Positions 37,401 through 52,400 of a stretch of 64,000 bases of DNA are shown here, piece by piece; position 1 is the stretch's first letter, and each line of letters begins with the position of its first letter. The stretch covers positions 8,060,001 through 8,124,000 of the forward strand of contig CATNEN010000001.1 in NCBI GenBank assembly GCA_950097015.1, read 5' to 3'. The DNA comes from Macrostomum hystrix (lineage: Eukaryota > Animalia > Platyhelminthes). The notes below the pieces were generated by a model. It did not search any database and was not told where the DNA came from. It worked only from the letters and a program-made list of their open reading frames with translations. The position numbers and the translations under genes are program-made.

Positions 37401-40400
37401 GGGTTGAGTCAAGGATGGTCAAGAATAAACAGGATTGTGTCAAGGATAGTCAAGAATAAACAGGATTGTGTCAATGATAGTCAAGAATTAACAGGATTGT
37501 GTCAATGATAGTCAAGAATAAACTGGATTGTGTCAATGATAGTCAAGAATAAACTGGATTGAGTCAAGGATAGTCAAGAATAAAGAGATGAGTCAAGGAT
37601 AGTCAAGAATAAACTGGATTGTGTCAATGATAGTCAAGAATAAACAGGATTGTGTCAAGGATAGTCAAGAATAAACAGGATTGTGTCAAGGATAGTCAAG
37701 AATAAACAGGATTGTGTCAATGATAGTCAAGAATTAACAGGATTGTGTCAATGATAGTCAAGAATAAACTGGATTGTGTCAATGATAGTCAAGAATTAAC
37801 AGGATTGTGTCAAGGATAGTCAAGAATAAACAGGATTGTGTCAATGATAGTCAAGAATAAACTGGATTGTGTCAAGGATAGTCAAGAATAAACAGGATTG
37901 TGTCAAGGATAGTCAAGAATAAACAGGATTGTGTCAATGATAGTCAAGAATAAACTGGATTGTGTCAATGATAGTCAAGAATAAACTGGATTGTGTCAAT
38001 GATAGTCAAGAATTAACTAGATATGGTCAAAAACGAACCAAACAATAATACGAAGTCTTTCTAATTTTAACTTTCAACGATGCAAAATTCTTTGTCGTTA
38101 ACAACAAGGAAAGATAAAGGGCACGCTGCGACTAAAATCCAGATTGTTATGATTGATTAACAACTAATTAAAAAGCTTTTATAAAACTCCTTATCCTGAT
38201 TCTGTAGGAAAATATTTTCATCTTACCACGAGCAGCGCCGCCATGACCACCGCCGCCTCCGTCGACAACGTCGGCAGCATTATTATCGTCGTCAATATTT
38301 TCGTCAGCGTGTCGCGGCAAAGCGTTAGGCAGCCAGGACGGCCCTAGGGAAGCTCGCCTAAGACTGGCCACGCTATGCTCAACTGCTACTATAATTGATG
38401 GAGTTGTTGGGCCTGAAGCTGGGGCGGCGGCGGCGGCGGCGGAGGTGGGTGTCAAAGCGGCGGCTGTTACCTGTTCAATTTGAACTGCTGCCAAAATAGA
38501 AGAAAAATTTGGTTGTTTTTTTTGAACGAAATTTAAGGGCGAAATTTAAATGAGATGTGCTAAATTAACTACTGAGAAGTAGCAAACAAAAAAGACTTCA
38601 AAATGTTTTAGAACTGAAAGAAGTAAGCTTTTACAGGCAGCATCTTATTATTAAATACCTAAAATGGGCAAGTTGCAAAAACACTAATAAGGAATAGAAT
38701 GGATTGCTAGTCTAGCCTCTAATGAATGAAGGAATAGAATGGATTGCTAGTCTAGCCTGCAATGGATGAAGGAATAGAATGGATTGCTAGACTAGCCTGC
38801 AATGGATGAAGGAATAGAATGGATTGCTAGTCTAGCCTCCAATGGATGAAGGAATAGAATGGATTGCTAGCCTAGCCTCCAATGGGTGAAGGAATAGAAT
38901 GGATTGCTAGTCTAGCCTCCAATGGGTAAAGGAATAGAATGGATTGCTAGACTAGCCTCCAATGGATGAAGGAATAGAATGGATTGCTAGTCTAGCCTCC
39001 AATGGATGAAGGAATAGAATGGATTGCTAGCCTAGCCTCCAATGGGTGAAGGAACAGGAGGGATTGCTAGACTAGCCTCCAATGGGTGAAGGAATAGAAT
39101 GGATTGCTAGTCTAGCCTCCAATGGGTAAAGGAATAGAATGGATTGCTAGACTAGCCTCCAATGGATGAAGGAATAGAATGGATTGCTAGTCTAGCCTCC
39201 AATGGGTGAAGGAACATGAGGGATTGCTAGACTAGCCTCCAATTGGTGAAGGAACAGAATGGATTGCTAGTCTAGCCTCCAATGGGTGAAGGAACAGAAT
39301 GGATTGCTAATCTAGCCTCCAATGGGTGAAGGAATAGAATGGATTGCTAGTCTAGCCTCCAATGGATGAAGGAACAGAATGGATTGCTAATCTAGCCTCC
39401 AATGGGTGAAGGAACAGAATGGATTGCTAGTCTAGCCTCCAATGGGTGAAGGAACAGAATGGATTGCTAGTCTAGCCTCCAATGAATGAAGGAACAGAAT
39501 GGATTGCTAGTCTAGCCTCCAATGGGTGAAGGAATAGAATGGATTGCTAGCCTAGCCTCCAATGGGTGAAGGAATAGAATGGATAGCTAGTCTAGCCTCC
39601 AATGGGTGAAGGAATAGAATGGATTGCTAGTCTAGCCTCCAATGGGTAAAGGAATAGAATGGATTGCTAGACTAGCCTCCAATGGATGAAGGAACAGGAG
39701 GGATTGCTAGACTAGCCTCCAATTGGTGAAGGAACAGAATGGATTGCTAGTCTAGCCTCCAATGGGTGAAGGAACAGAATGGATTGCTAATCTAGCCTCC
39801 AATGGGTGAAGGAATAGAATGGATTGCTAGTCTAGCCTCCAATGGATGAAGGAACAGAATGGATAGCTAGTCTAGCCTCCAATGGGTGAAGGAATAGAAT
39901 GGATAGCTAGTCTAGCCTCCAATGGGTGAAGGCACAGGAGGGATTGCTAGACTAGCCTCCAATTGGTGAAGGAACAGAATGGATTGCTAGTCTAGCCTCC
40001 AATGGGTGAAGGAACAGAATGGATTGCTAATCTAGCCTCCAATGGGTGAAGGAATAGAATGGATTGCTAGTCTAGCCTCCAATGGATGAAGGAACAGAAT
40101 GGATTGCTAATCTAGCCTCCAATGGGTGAAGGAACAGAATGGATTGCTAGTCTAGCCTCCAATGGGTGAAGGAACAGAATGGATTGCTAGTCTAGCCTCC
40201 AATGAATGAAGGAACAGAATGGATTGCTAGTCTAGCCTCCAATGGGTGAAGGAATAGAATGGATTGCTAGCCTAGCCTCCAATGGGTGAAGGAATAGAAT
40301 GGATAGCTAGTCTAGCCTCCAATGGGTGAAGGAATAGAATGGATAGCTAGTCTAGCCTCCAATGGGTGAAGGAATAGAATGGATAGCTAGTCTAGCCTCC

Positions 40401-43400
40401 AATGGGTGAAGGAATAGAATGGATAGCTAGTCTAGCCTCCAATGGGTGAAGGAATAGAATGGATAGCTAGTCTAGCCTCCAATGGGTGAAGGAATAGAAT
40501 GGATAGCTAGTCTAGCCTCCAATGGATGAAGGAATAGAATGGATTGCTAGCCTAGCCTCCAATGGGTGAAGGAACAGGAGGGATTGCTAGACTAGCCTCC
40601 AATGGGTGAAGGAATAGAATGGATTGCTAGTCTAGCCTCCAATGGGTAAAGGAATAGAATGGATTGCTAGACTAGCCTCCAATGGATGAAGGAATAGAAT
40701 GGATTGCTAGTCTAGCCTCCAATGGGTGAAGGAACAGGAGGGATTGCTAGACTAGCCTCCAATTGGTGAAGGAACAGAATGGATTGCTAGTCTAGCCTCC
40801 AATGGGTGAAGGAACAGAATGGATTGCTAATCTAGCCTCCAATGGGTGAAGGAATAGAATGGATTGCTAGTCTAGCCTCCAATGGATGAAGGAACAGAAT
40901 GGATTGCTAATCTAGCCTCCAATGGGTGAAGGAACAGAATGGATTGCTAGTCTAGCCTCCAATGAATGAAGGAACAGAATGGATTGCTAGTCTAGCCTCC
41001 AATGGGTGAAGGAACAGAATGGATTGCTAATCTAGCCTCCAATGGGTGAAGGAACAGAATGGATTGCTAGTCTAGCCTCCAATGAATGAAGGAACAGAAT
41101 GGATTGCTAGTCTAGCCTCCAATGGGTGAAGGAACAGAATGGATTGCTAATCTAGCCTCCAATGGGTGAAGGAACAGAATGGATTGCTAGTCTAGCCTCC
41201 AATGGGTGAAGGAACAGAATGGATTGCTAGTCTAGCCTCCAATGGGTGAAGGAATAGAATGGATAGCTAGTCTAGCCTCCAATGGGTGAAGGAATAGAAT
41301 GGATTGCTAGTCTAGCCTCCAATGAATGAAGGAACAGAATGGATTGCTAGTCTAGCCTCCAATGGGTGAAGGAATAGAATGGATTGCTAGCCTAGCCTCC
41401 AATGGGTGAAGGAATAGAATGGATAGCTAGTCTAGCCTCCAATGGGTGAAGGAATAGAATGGATTGCTAGTCTAGCCTCCAATGGGTAAAGGAATAGAAT
41501 GGATTGCTAGACTAGCCTCCAATGGATGAAGGAACAGGAGGGATTGCTAGACTAGCCTCCAATTGGTGAAGGAACAGAATGGATTGCTAGTCTAGCCTCC
41601 AATGGGTGAAGGAACAGAATGGATTGCTAATCTAGCCTCCAATGGGTGAAGGAATAGAATGGATTGCTAGTCTAGCCTCCAATGGATGAAGGAACAGAAT
41701 GGATAGCTAGTCTAGCCTCCAATGGGTGAAGGAATAGAATGGATAGCTAGTCTAGCCTCCAATGGGTGAAGGAACAGGAGGGATTGCTAGACTAGCCTCC
41801 AATTGGTGAAGGAACAGAATGGATTGCTAGTCTAGCCTCCAATGGGTGAAGGAACAGAATGGATTGCTAATCTAGCCTCCAATGGGTGAAGGAATAGAAT
41901 GGATTGCTAGTCTAGCCTCCAATGGATGAAGGAACAGAATGGATTGCTAATCTAGCCTCCAATGGGTGAAGGAACAGAATGGATTGCTAGTCTAGCCTCC
42001 AATGGGTGAAGGAACAGAATGGATTGCTAGTCTAGCCTCCAATGAATGAAGGAACAGAATGGATTGCTAGTCTAGCCTCCAATGGGTGAAGGAATAGAAT
42101 GGATTGCTAGCCTAGCCTCCAATGGGTGAAGGAATAGAATGGATAGCTAGTCTAGCCTCCAATGGGTGAAGGAATAGAATGGATAGCTAGTCTAGCCTCC
42201 AATGGGTGAAGGAATAGAATGGATAGCTAGTCTAGCCTCCAATGGGTGAAGGAATAGAATGGATAGCTAGTCTAGCCTCCAATGGGTGAAGGAATAGAAT
42301 GGATTGCTAGTCTAGCCTCCAATGGGTGAAGGAATAGAATGGATAGCTAGTCTAGCCTCCAATGGATGAAGGAATAGAATGGATTGCTAGCCTAGCCTCC
42401 AATGGGTGAAGGAACAGGAGGGATTGCTAGACTAGCCTCCAATGGGTGAAGGAATAGAATGGATTGCTAGTCTAGCCTCCAATGGGTAAAGGAATAGAAT
42501 GGATTGCTAGACTAGCCTCCAATGGATGAAGGAATAGAATGGATTGCTAGTCTAGCCTCCAATGGGTGAAGGAATAGGAGGGATTGCTAGACTAGCCTCC
42601 AATTGGTGAAGGAACAGAATGGATTGCTAGTCTAGCCTCCAATGGGTGAAGGAACAGAATGGATTGCTAATCTAGCCTCCAATGGGTGAAGGAATAGAAT
42701 GGATTGCTAGTCTAGCCTCCAATGGATGAAGGAACAGAATGGATTGCTAATCTAGCCTCCAATGGGTGAAGGAACAGAATGGATTGCTAGTCTAGCCTCC
42801 AATGGGTGAAGGAACAGAATGGATTGCTAGTCTAGCCTCCAATGAATGAAGGAACAGAATGGATTGCTAGTCTAGCCTCCAATGGGTGAAGGAATAGAAT
42901 GGATTGCTAGCCTAGCCTCCAATGGGTGAAGGAATAGAATGGATAGCTAGTCTAGCCTCCAATGGGTGAAGGAATAGAATGGATAGCTAGTCTAGCCTCC
43001 AATGGGTGAAGGAATAGAATGGATAGCTAGTCTAGCCTCCAATGGGTGAAGGAATAGAATGGATAGCTAGTCTAGCCTCCAATGGGTGAAGGAATAGAAT
43101 GGATAGCTAGTCTAGCCTCCAATGGGTGAAGGAATAGAATGGATAGCTAGTCTAGCCTCCAATGGATGAAGGAATAGAATGGATTGCTAGCCTAGCCTCC
43201 AATGGGTGAAGGAACAGGAGGGATTGCTAGACTAGCCTCCAATGGGTGAAGGAATAGAATGGATTGCTAGTCTAGCCTCCAATGGGTAAAGGAATAGAAT
43301 GGATTGCTAGACTAGCCTCCAATGGATGAAGGAATAGAATGGATTGCTAGTCTAGCCTCCAATGGGTGAAGGAACAGGAGGGATTGCTAGACTAGCCTCC

Positions 43401-46400
43401 AATTGGTGAAGGAACAGAATGGATTGCTAGTCTAGCCTCCAATGGGTGAAGGAACAGAATGGATTGCTAATCTAGCCTCCAATGGGTGAAGGAATAGAAT
43501 GGATTGCTAGTCTAGCCTCCAATGGATGAAGGAACAGAATGGATTGCTAATCTAGCCTCCAATGGGTGAAGGAACAGAATGGATTGCTAGTCTAGCCTCC
43601 AATGGGTGAAGGAACAGAATGGATTGCTAGTCTAGCCTCCAATGAATGAAGGAACAGAATGGATTGCTAGTCTAGCCTCCAATGGGTGAAGGAACAGAAT
43701 GGATTGCTAATCTAGCCTCCAATGGGTGAAGGAATAGAATGGATTGCTAGTCTAGCCTCCAATGGATGAAGGAACAGAATGGATAGCTAGTCTAGCCTCC
43801 AATGGGTGAAGGAATAGAATGGATAGCTAGTCTAGCCTCCAATGGGTGAAGGAACAGGAGGGATTGCTAGACTAGCCTCCAATTGGTGAAGGAACAGAAT
43901 GGATTGCTAGTCTAGCCTCCAATGGGTGAAGGAACAGAATGGATTGCTAGTCTAGCCTCCAATTGGTGAAGGAACAGAATGGATTGCTAATCTAGCCTCC
44001 AATGGATGAAGGAACAGAATGGATTGCTAGTCTAGCCTCCAATGGGTGAAGGAACAGAATGGATTGCTAGTCTAGCCTCCAATGAATGAAGGAACAGAAT
44101 GGATTGCTAGTCTAGCCTCCAATGGGTGAAGGAATAGAATGGATTGCTAGCCTAGCCTCCAATGGGTGAAGGAATAGAATGGATAGCTAGTCTAGCCTCC
44201 AATGGGTGAAGGAATAGAATGGATAGCTAGTCTAGCCTCCAATGGGTGAAGGAATAGAATGGATAGCTAGTCTAGCCTCCAATGGGTGAAGGAATAGAAT
44301 GGATTGCTAATCTAGCCTCCAATGGGTGAAGGAATAGAATGGATAGCTAGTCTAGCCTCCAATGGGTGAAGGAATAGAATGGATAGCTAGTCTAGCCTCC
44401 AATGGGTGAAGGAATAGAATGGATAGCTAGTCTAGCCTCCAATGGGTGAAGGAATAGAATGGATTGCTAATCTAGCCTCCAATGGGTGAAGGAATAGAAT
44501 GGATAGCTAGTCTAGCCTCCAATGGGTGAAGGAATAGAATGGATTGCTAATCTAGCCTCCAATGGGTGAAGGAATAGAATGGATAGCTAGTCTAGCCTCC
44601 AATGGGTGAAGGAATAGAATGGATAGCTAGTCTAGCCTCCAATGGGTGAAGGAATAGAATGGATAGCTAGTCTAGCCTCCAATGGGTGAAGGAATAGAAT
44701 GGATTGCTAATCTAGCCTCCAATGGGTGAAGGAATAGAATGGATAGCTAGTCTAGCCTCCAATGGGTGAAGGAATAGAATGGATAGCTAGTCTAGCCTCC
44801 AATGGGTGAAGGAATAGAATGGATTGCTAATCTAGCCTCCAATGGGTGAAGGAATAGAATGGATAGCTAGTCTAGCCTCCAATGGGTGAAGGAATAGAAT
44901 GGATAGCTAGTCTAGCCTCCAATGGGTGAAGGAATAGAATGGATAGCTAGTCTAGCCTCCAATGGGTGAAGGAATAGAATGGATAGCTAGTCTAGCCTCC
45001 AATGGGTGAAGGAATAGAATGGATAGCTAGTCTAGCCTCCAATGGGTGAAGGAATAGAATGGATTGCTAATCTAGCCTCCAATGGGTGAAGGAATAGAAT
45101 GGATAGCTAGTCTAGCCTCCAATGGGTGAAGGAATAGAATGGATAGCTAGTCTAGCCTCCAATGGGTGAAGGAATAGAATGGATAGCTAGTCTAGCCTCC
45201 AATGGGTGAAGGAATAGAATGGATAGCTAGTCTAGCCTCCAATGGGTGAAGGAATAGAATGGATTGCTAATCTAGCCTCCAATGGGTGAAGGAATAGAAT
45301 GGATAGCTAGTCTAGCCTCCAATGGGTGAAGGAATAGAATGGATAGCTAGTCTTGCCTCCAATGGGTGAAGGAATAGAATGGATAGCTAGTCTAGCCTCC
45401 AATGGGTGAAGGAATAGAATGGATTGCTAATCTAGCCTCCAATGGGTGAAGGAATAGAATGGATTGCTAGTCTAGCCTCCAATGGGTGAAGGAATAGAAT
45501 GGATTGCTAGTCTAGCCTCCAATGGGTGAAGGAATAGAATGGATAGCTAGTCTAGCCTCCAATGGGTGAAGGAATAGAATGGATAGCTAGTCTAGCCTCC
45601 AATGGGTGAAGGAATAGAATGGATAGCTAGTCTAGCCTCCAATGGGTGAAGGAATAGAATGGATAGCTAGTCTAGCCTCCAATGGGTGAAGGAATAGAAT
45701 GGATAGCTAGTCTAGCCTCCAATGGGTGAAGGAATAGAATGGATTGCTAATCTAGCCTCCAATGGGTGAAGGAATAGAATGGATAGCTAGTCTAGCCTCC
45801 AATGGGTGAAGGAATAGAATGGATAGCTAGTCTAGCCTCCAATGGGTGAAGGAATAGAATGGATAGCTAGTCTAGCCTCCAATGGGTGAAGGAATAGAAT
45901 GGATTGCTAATCTAGCCTCCAATGGGTGAAGGAATAGAATGGATAGCTAGTCTAGCCTCCAATGGGTGAAGGAATAGAATGGATAGCTAGTCTAGCCTCC
46001 AATGGGTGAAGGAATAGAATGGATAGCTAGTCTAGCCTCCAATGGGTGAAGGAATAGAATGGATAGCTAGTCTAGCCTCCAATGGGTGAAGGAATAGAAT
46101 GGATTGCTAATCTAGCCTCCAATGGGTGAAGGAATAGAATGGATAGCTAGTCTAGCCTCCAATGGGTGAAGGAATAGAATGGATAGCTAGTCTAGCCTCC
46201 AATGGGTGAAGGAATAGAATGGATTGCTAGTCTAGCCTCCAATGGGTGAAGGAACAGGAGGGATTGCTAGTCTAGCCTCCAATGGGTGAAGGAATAGAAT
46301 GGATTGCTAATCTAGCCTCCAATGGGTGAAGGAATAGAATGGATTGCTAGTCTAGCCTCCAATGGGTGAAGGAATAGAATGGATAGCTAGTCTAGCCTCC

Positions 46401-49400
46401 AATGGGTGAAGGAATAGAATGGATAGCTAGTCTAGCCTCCAATGGGTGAAGGAATAGAATGGATTGCTAGTCTAGCCTCCAATGGGTGAAGGAACAGGAG
46501 GGATTGCTAGTCTAGCCTCCAATGGGTGAAGGAATAGAATGGATTGCTAATCTAGCCTCCAATGGGTGAAGGAATAGAATGGATTGCTAGTCTAGCCTCC
46601 AATGGGTGAAGGAATAGAATGGATTGCTAGTCTAGCCTCCAATGGGTGAAGGAATAGAATGGATAGCTAGTCTAGCCTCCAATGGGTGAAGGAATAGAAT
46701 GGATTGCTAATCTAGCCTCCAATGGGTGAAGGAATAGAATGGATAGCTAGTCTAGCCTCCAATGGGTGAAGGAATAGAATGGATAGCTAGTCTAGCCTCC
46801 AATGGGTGAAGGAATAGAATGGATTGCTAGTCTAGCCTCCAATGGGTGAAGGAACAGGAGGGATTGCTAGTCTAGCCTCCAATGGGTGAAGGAATAGAAT
46901 GGATTGCTAATCTAGCCTCCAATGGGTGAAGGAATAGAATGGATAGCTAGTCTAGCCTCCAATGGGTGAAGGAACAGGAGGGATTGCTAGACTAGCCTCC
47001 AATTGGTGAAGGAACAGAATGGATTGCTAGTCTAGCCTCCAATGGGTGAAGGAACAGAATGGATTGCTAGTCTAGCCTCCAATTGGTGAAGGAACAGAAT
47101 GGATTGCTAATCTAGCCTCCAATGGATGAAGGAACAGAATGGATTGCTAGTCTAGCCTCCAATGGGTGAAGGAACAGAATGGATTGCTAGTCTAGCCTCC
47201 AATGAATGAAGGAACAGAATGGATTGCCAGTCTAGCCTCCAATGGGTGAAGGAATAGAATGGATTGCTAGCCTAGCCTCCAATGGGTGAAGGAATAGAAT
47301 GGATAGCTAGTCTAGCCTCCAATGGGTGAAGGAATAGAATGGATAGCTAGTCTAGCCTCCAATGGGTGAAGGAATAGAATGGATAGCTAGTCTAGCCTCC
47401 AATGGGTGAAGGAATAGAATGGATTGCTAATCTAGCCTCCAATGGGTGAAGGAATAGAATGGATAGCTAGTCTAGCCTCCAATGGGTGAAGGAATAGAAT
47501 GGATAGCTAGTCTAGCCTCCAATGGGTGAAGGAATAGAATGGATAGCTAGTCTAGCCTCCAATGGGTGAAGGAATAGAATGGATTGCTAATCTAGCCTCC
47601 AATGGGTGAAGGAATAGAATGGATAGCTAGTCTAGCCTCCAATGGGTGAAGGAATAGAATGGATAGCTAGTCTAGCCTCCAATGGGTGAAGGAATAGAAT
47701 GGATAGCTAGTCTAGCCTCCAATGGGTGAAGGAATAGAATGGATAGCTAGTCTAGCCTCCAATGGGTGAAGGAATAGAATGGATTGCTAATCTAGCCTCC
47801 AATGGGTGAAGGAATAGAATGGATAGCTAGTCTAGCCTCCAATGGGTGAAGGAATAGAATGGATAGCTAGTCTAGCCTCCAATGGGTGAAGGAATAGAAT
47901 GGATAGCTAGTCTAGCCTCCAATGGGTGAAGGAATAGAATGGATTGCTAATCTAGCCTCCAATGGGTGAAGGAATAGAATGGATAGCTAGTCTAGCCTCC
48001 AATGGGTGAAGGAATAGAATGGATAGCTAGTCTAGCCTCCAATGGGTGAAGGAATAGAATGGATAGCTAGTCTAGCCTCCAATGGGTGAAGGAATAGAAT
48101 GGATAGCTAGTCTAGCCTCCAATGGGTGAAGGAATAGAATGGATTGCTAATCTAGCCTCCAATGGGTGAAGGAATAGAATGGATAGCTAGTCTAGCCTCC
48201 AATGGGTGAAGGAATAGAATGGATAGCTAGTCTAGCCTCCAATGGGTGAAGGAATAGAATGGATAGCTAGTCTAGCCTCCAATGGGTGAAGGAATAGAAT
48301 GGATTGCTAATCTAGCCTCCAATGGGTGAAGGAATAGAATGGATTGCTAGTCTAGCCTCCAATGGGTGAAGGAATAGAATGGATTGCTAGTCTAGCCTCC
48401 AATGGGTGAAGGAATAGAATGGATAGCTAGTCTAGCCTCCAATGGGTGAAGGAATAGAATGGATAGCTAGTCTAGCCTCCAATGGGTGAAGGAATAGAAT
48501 GGATAGCTAGTCTAGCCTCCAATGGGTGAAGGAATAGAATGGATAGCTAGTCTAGCCTCCAATGGTTGAAGGAATAGAATGGATAGCTAGTCTAGCCTCC
48601 AATGGGTGAAGGAATAGAATGGATTGCTAATCTAGCCTCCAATGGGTGAAGGAATAGAATGGATAGCTAGTCTAGCCTCCAATGGGTGAAGGAATAGAAT
48701 GGATAGCTAGTCTAGCCTCCAATGGGTGAAGGAATAGAATGGATAGCTAGTCTAGCCTCCAATGGGTGAAGGAATAGAATGGATAGCTAGTCTAGCCTCC
48801 AATGGGTGAAGGAATAGAATGGATTGCTAATCTAGCCTCCAATGGGTGAAGGAATAGAATGGATAGCTAGTCTAGCCTCCAATGGGTGAAGGAATAGAAT
48901 GGATAGCTAGTCTAGCCTCCAATGGGTGAAGGAATAGAATGGATAGCTAGTCTAGCCTCCAATGGGTGAAGGAATAGAATGGATTGCTAATCTAGCCTCC
49001 AATGGGTGAAGGAATAGAATGGATAGCTAGTCTAGCCTCCAATGGGTGAAGGAATAGAATGGATAGCTAGTCTAGCCTCCAATGGGTGAAGGAATAGAAT
49101 GGATAGCTAGTCTAGCCTCCAATGGGTGAAGGAATAGAATGGATAGCTAGTCTAGCCTCCAATGGGTGAAGGAATAGAATGGATTGCTAATCTAGCCTCC
49201 AATGGGTGAAGGAATAGAATGGATAGCTAGTCTAGCCTCCAATGGGTGAAGGAATAGAATGGATAGCTAGTCTAGCCTCCAATGGGTGAAGGAATAGAAT
49301 GGATAGCTAGTCTAGCCTCCAATGGGTGAAGGAATAGAATGGATTGCTAGTCTAGCCTCCAATGGGTGAAGGAACAGGAGGGATTGCTAGTCTAGCCTCC

Positions 49401-52400
49401 AATGGGTGAAGGAATAGAATGGATTGCTAATCTAGCCTCCAATGGGTGAAGGAATAGAATGGATTGCTAGTCTAGCCTCCAATGGGTGAAGGAATAGAAT
49501 GGATTGCTAGTCTAGCCTCCAATGGGTGAAGGAATAGAATGGATAGCTAGTCTAGCCTCCAATGGGTGAAGGAATAGAATGGATTGCTAATCTAGCCTCC
49601 AATGGGTGAAGGAATAGAATGGATAGCTAGTCTAGCCTCCAATGGGTGAAGGAATAGAATGGATAGCTAGTCTAGCCTCCAATGGGTGAAGGAATAGAAT
49701 GGATTGCTAGTCTAGCCTCCAATGGGTGAAGGAACAGGAGGGATTGCTAGTCTAGCCTCCAATGGGTGAAGGAATAGAATGGATTGCTAATCTAGCCTCC
49801 AATGGGTGAAGGAATAGAATGGATTGCTAGTCTAGCCTCCAATGGGTGAAGGAATAGAATGGATTGCTAGTCTAGCCTCCAATGGGTGAAGGAATAGAAT
49901 GGATTGCTAGTCTAGCCTCCAATGGGTGAAGGAATAGAATGGATTGCTAGTCTAGCCTCCAATGGGTGAAGGAATAGAATGGATTGCTAGTCTAGCCTCC
50001 AATGGGTGAAGGAATAGAATGGATAGCTAGTCTAGCCTCCAATGGGTGAAGGAATAGAATGGATTGCTAATCTAGCCTCCAATGGGTGAAGGAATAGAAT
50101 GGATTGCTAGTCTAGCCTCCAATGGGTGAAGGAATAGAATGGATAGCTAGTCTAGCCTCCAATGGGTGAAGGAATAGAATGGATTGCTAATCTAGCCTCC
50201 AATGGGTGAAGGAATAGAATGGATTGCTAGTCTAGCCTCCAATGGGTGAAGGAATAGAATGGATTGCTAGTCTAGCCTCCAATGGGTGAAGGAATAGAAT
50301 GGATAGCTAGTCTAGCCTCCAATGGGTGAAGGAATAGAATGGATTGCTAGTCTAGCCTCCAATGGGTGAAGGAATAGAATGGATAGCTAGTCTAGCCTCC
50401 AATGGGTGAAGGAATAGAATGGATTGCTAGTCTAGCCTCCAATGGGTGAAGGAATAGAATGGATAGCTAGTCTAGCCTCCAATGGGTGAAGGAATAGAAT
50501 GGATTGCTAGTCTAGCCTCCAATGGGTGAAGGAACAGGAGGGATTGCTAGTCTAGCCTCCAATGGGTGAAGGAATAGAATGGATTGCTAATCTAGCCTCC
50601 AATGGGTGAAGGAATAGAATGGATTGCTAGTCTAGCCTCCAATGGGTGAAGGAATAGAATGGATTGCTAGTCTAGCCTCCAATGGGTGAAGGAACAGAAT
50701 GGATAGCTAGTCTAGCCTCCAATGAATGAAGGAAATGGATTGCTAGTCTAGCCTCCAATATACTTACAGTTTACAGTCATAACATTGTATGATTAGCAAC
50801 CAATAATACATAAGGAAAAATGTAAGACTAAGAGTCAAAGAGGCCTTGTCCCTTTTGTAAAACTTGAAAAAGGAATTACAATCGAGCTTGGTGCTGTAAA
50901 AGTGAAACCTGATCTTAAGTGTAGCGAACATAGATGCATCTAATACAAGAAGAGACGAAGCGACAGAGAGGCTAGAATTGCTAAGGCGTACAATTAGTTG
51001 ATGTTGAACTGAAATTAAATCAGACAGCGCTTTGACGACTATATTATTGTACTAGTATAACTCAAGCTAGAAATTAATTAATCTCCTTCATCATGCTGCA
51101 TATACTGGTTTATAAGTACAGAGTAAAATAAATTAAGTACGCTAGTTAGCAGATCTGTGAAAAGCTTATTTCACTTTTCACTAGAAAATTTTTTTCGTTA
51201 CTTAAAAAATTAAACTGTAATACTAATAAATTGCACATTCAAAGGGCCCAAATAGTTAAATGTCTGTATTTTAATGCTTCTATTCTAGACAGTAATTTGC
51301 CTTTGTTCACGTTTATGTTTTTAGAAAACTAATGACAGATGAGAAAGAGAGAGTGAGAGAGGAGGAGAGAGAGACGAGGCCATTAGGGCTTTTAGATTAA
51401 TCTAGTTACCTAATTTTATTTTACAAGTAAGGAGACTGCAACTAATGAGTTGTCTGCTTATATATAGGACAGGCGTTATCCTAGGAAAAGTAGAATTTAA
51501 ATGAAACTATGAACTGGTAAATTATATACATATTTACAAGAGTTCATAATTCGGGCAATTGACTTTGTTTGAAGACGAAAAAATCAATTAAAAACTTTGC
51601 AATTCTGTAAAGCTTAGAATCGGTGGTAAATTTAAACGAAAAAATATTTAGAAATAAACGTTATTTAATCAGTTAAATGAAAAATTCATATTTTTTAAAC
51701 ATATCAAGCACTTTAATCTTGAAATTGTCATAGAAAAAGACAGTTTATTTAATGGAAAGAAATAAAATCAATGAAAAAGTTGCATTTTAGCACAGAAAAT
51801 CAAATTTTAAACAAATCTTAATTTACCTAATTTTCCAAGAAAACAGTTAAATTTCTTCTAAAAAGCCTTTCTTTCTAGAAAATCAAATCTTAGAAAATGT
51901 CAATCTCTTTCAATATCAAAGACTATCTTAGAAATTGTTTCAATTTTTTTTCGCTAATTCTTAAACTTCCTCCCAAAGCGGTTATTTCGAAAAATAATTT
52001 GATAGTTATTTTAAAAGGCAACAGTCACAACACACCCGTAAACTTAAAATAAAATGTTACGTTGCTTAAAATACTTAACGTACATGAAATCTAGAGTTTC
52101 ATAAAAGCTAAACAAAAAATATATGACTTCAACCTGTCAAAAATAAATTTTAATAAAAATGACATCAATATTTAAATTTAGAGTACTCTCTGGTACGAAA
52201 AGTATATTGATATGACTGTAAACACTATTTTTACTCGTATTAGCTTAGAATAGACCCTACCTGAGCTTCCGCCATGCCCGTGATGCTCTCCAGTGGATCC
52301 GCCAGCAACAGCAGCAGCAGCTGCAGCTGACAGGGTCGGACTGCCATTGTCTTGCACATTAATTTCCACGGCCTGTTGGATATTAGCCGTGTCTTCTGGG

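Noticed and set aside
38691-50758. CRISPR-like array (palindromic ~40-bp repeat)
   Set aside because: Units are contiguous with no unique spacers, there are no cas genes, and the array sits in a eukaryotic intron.
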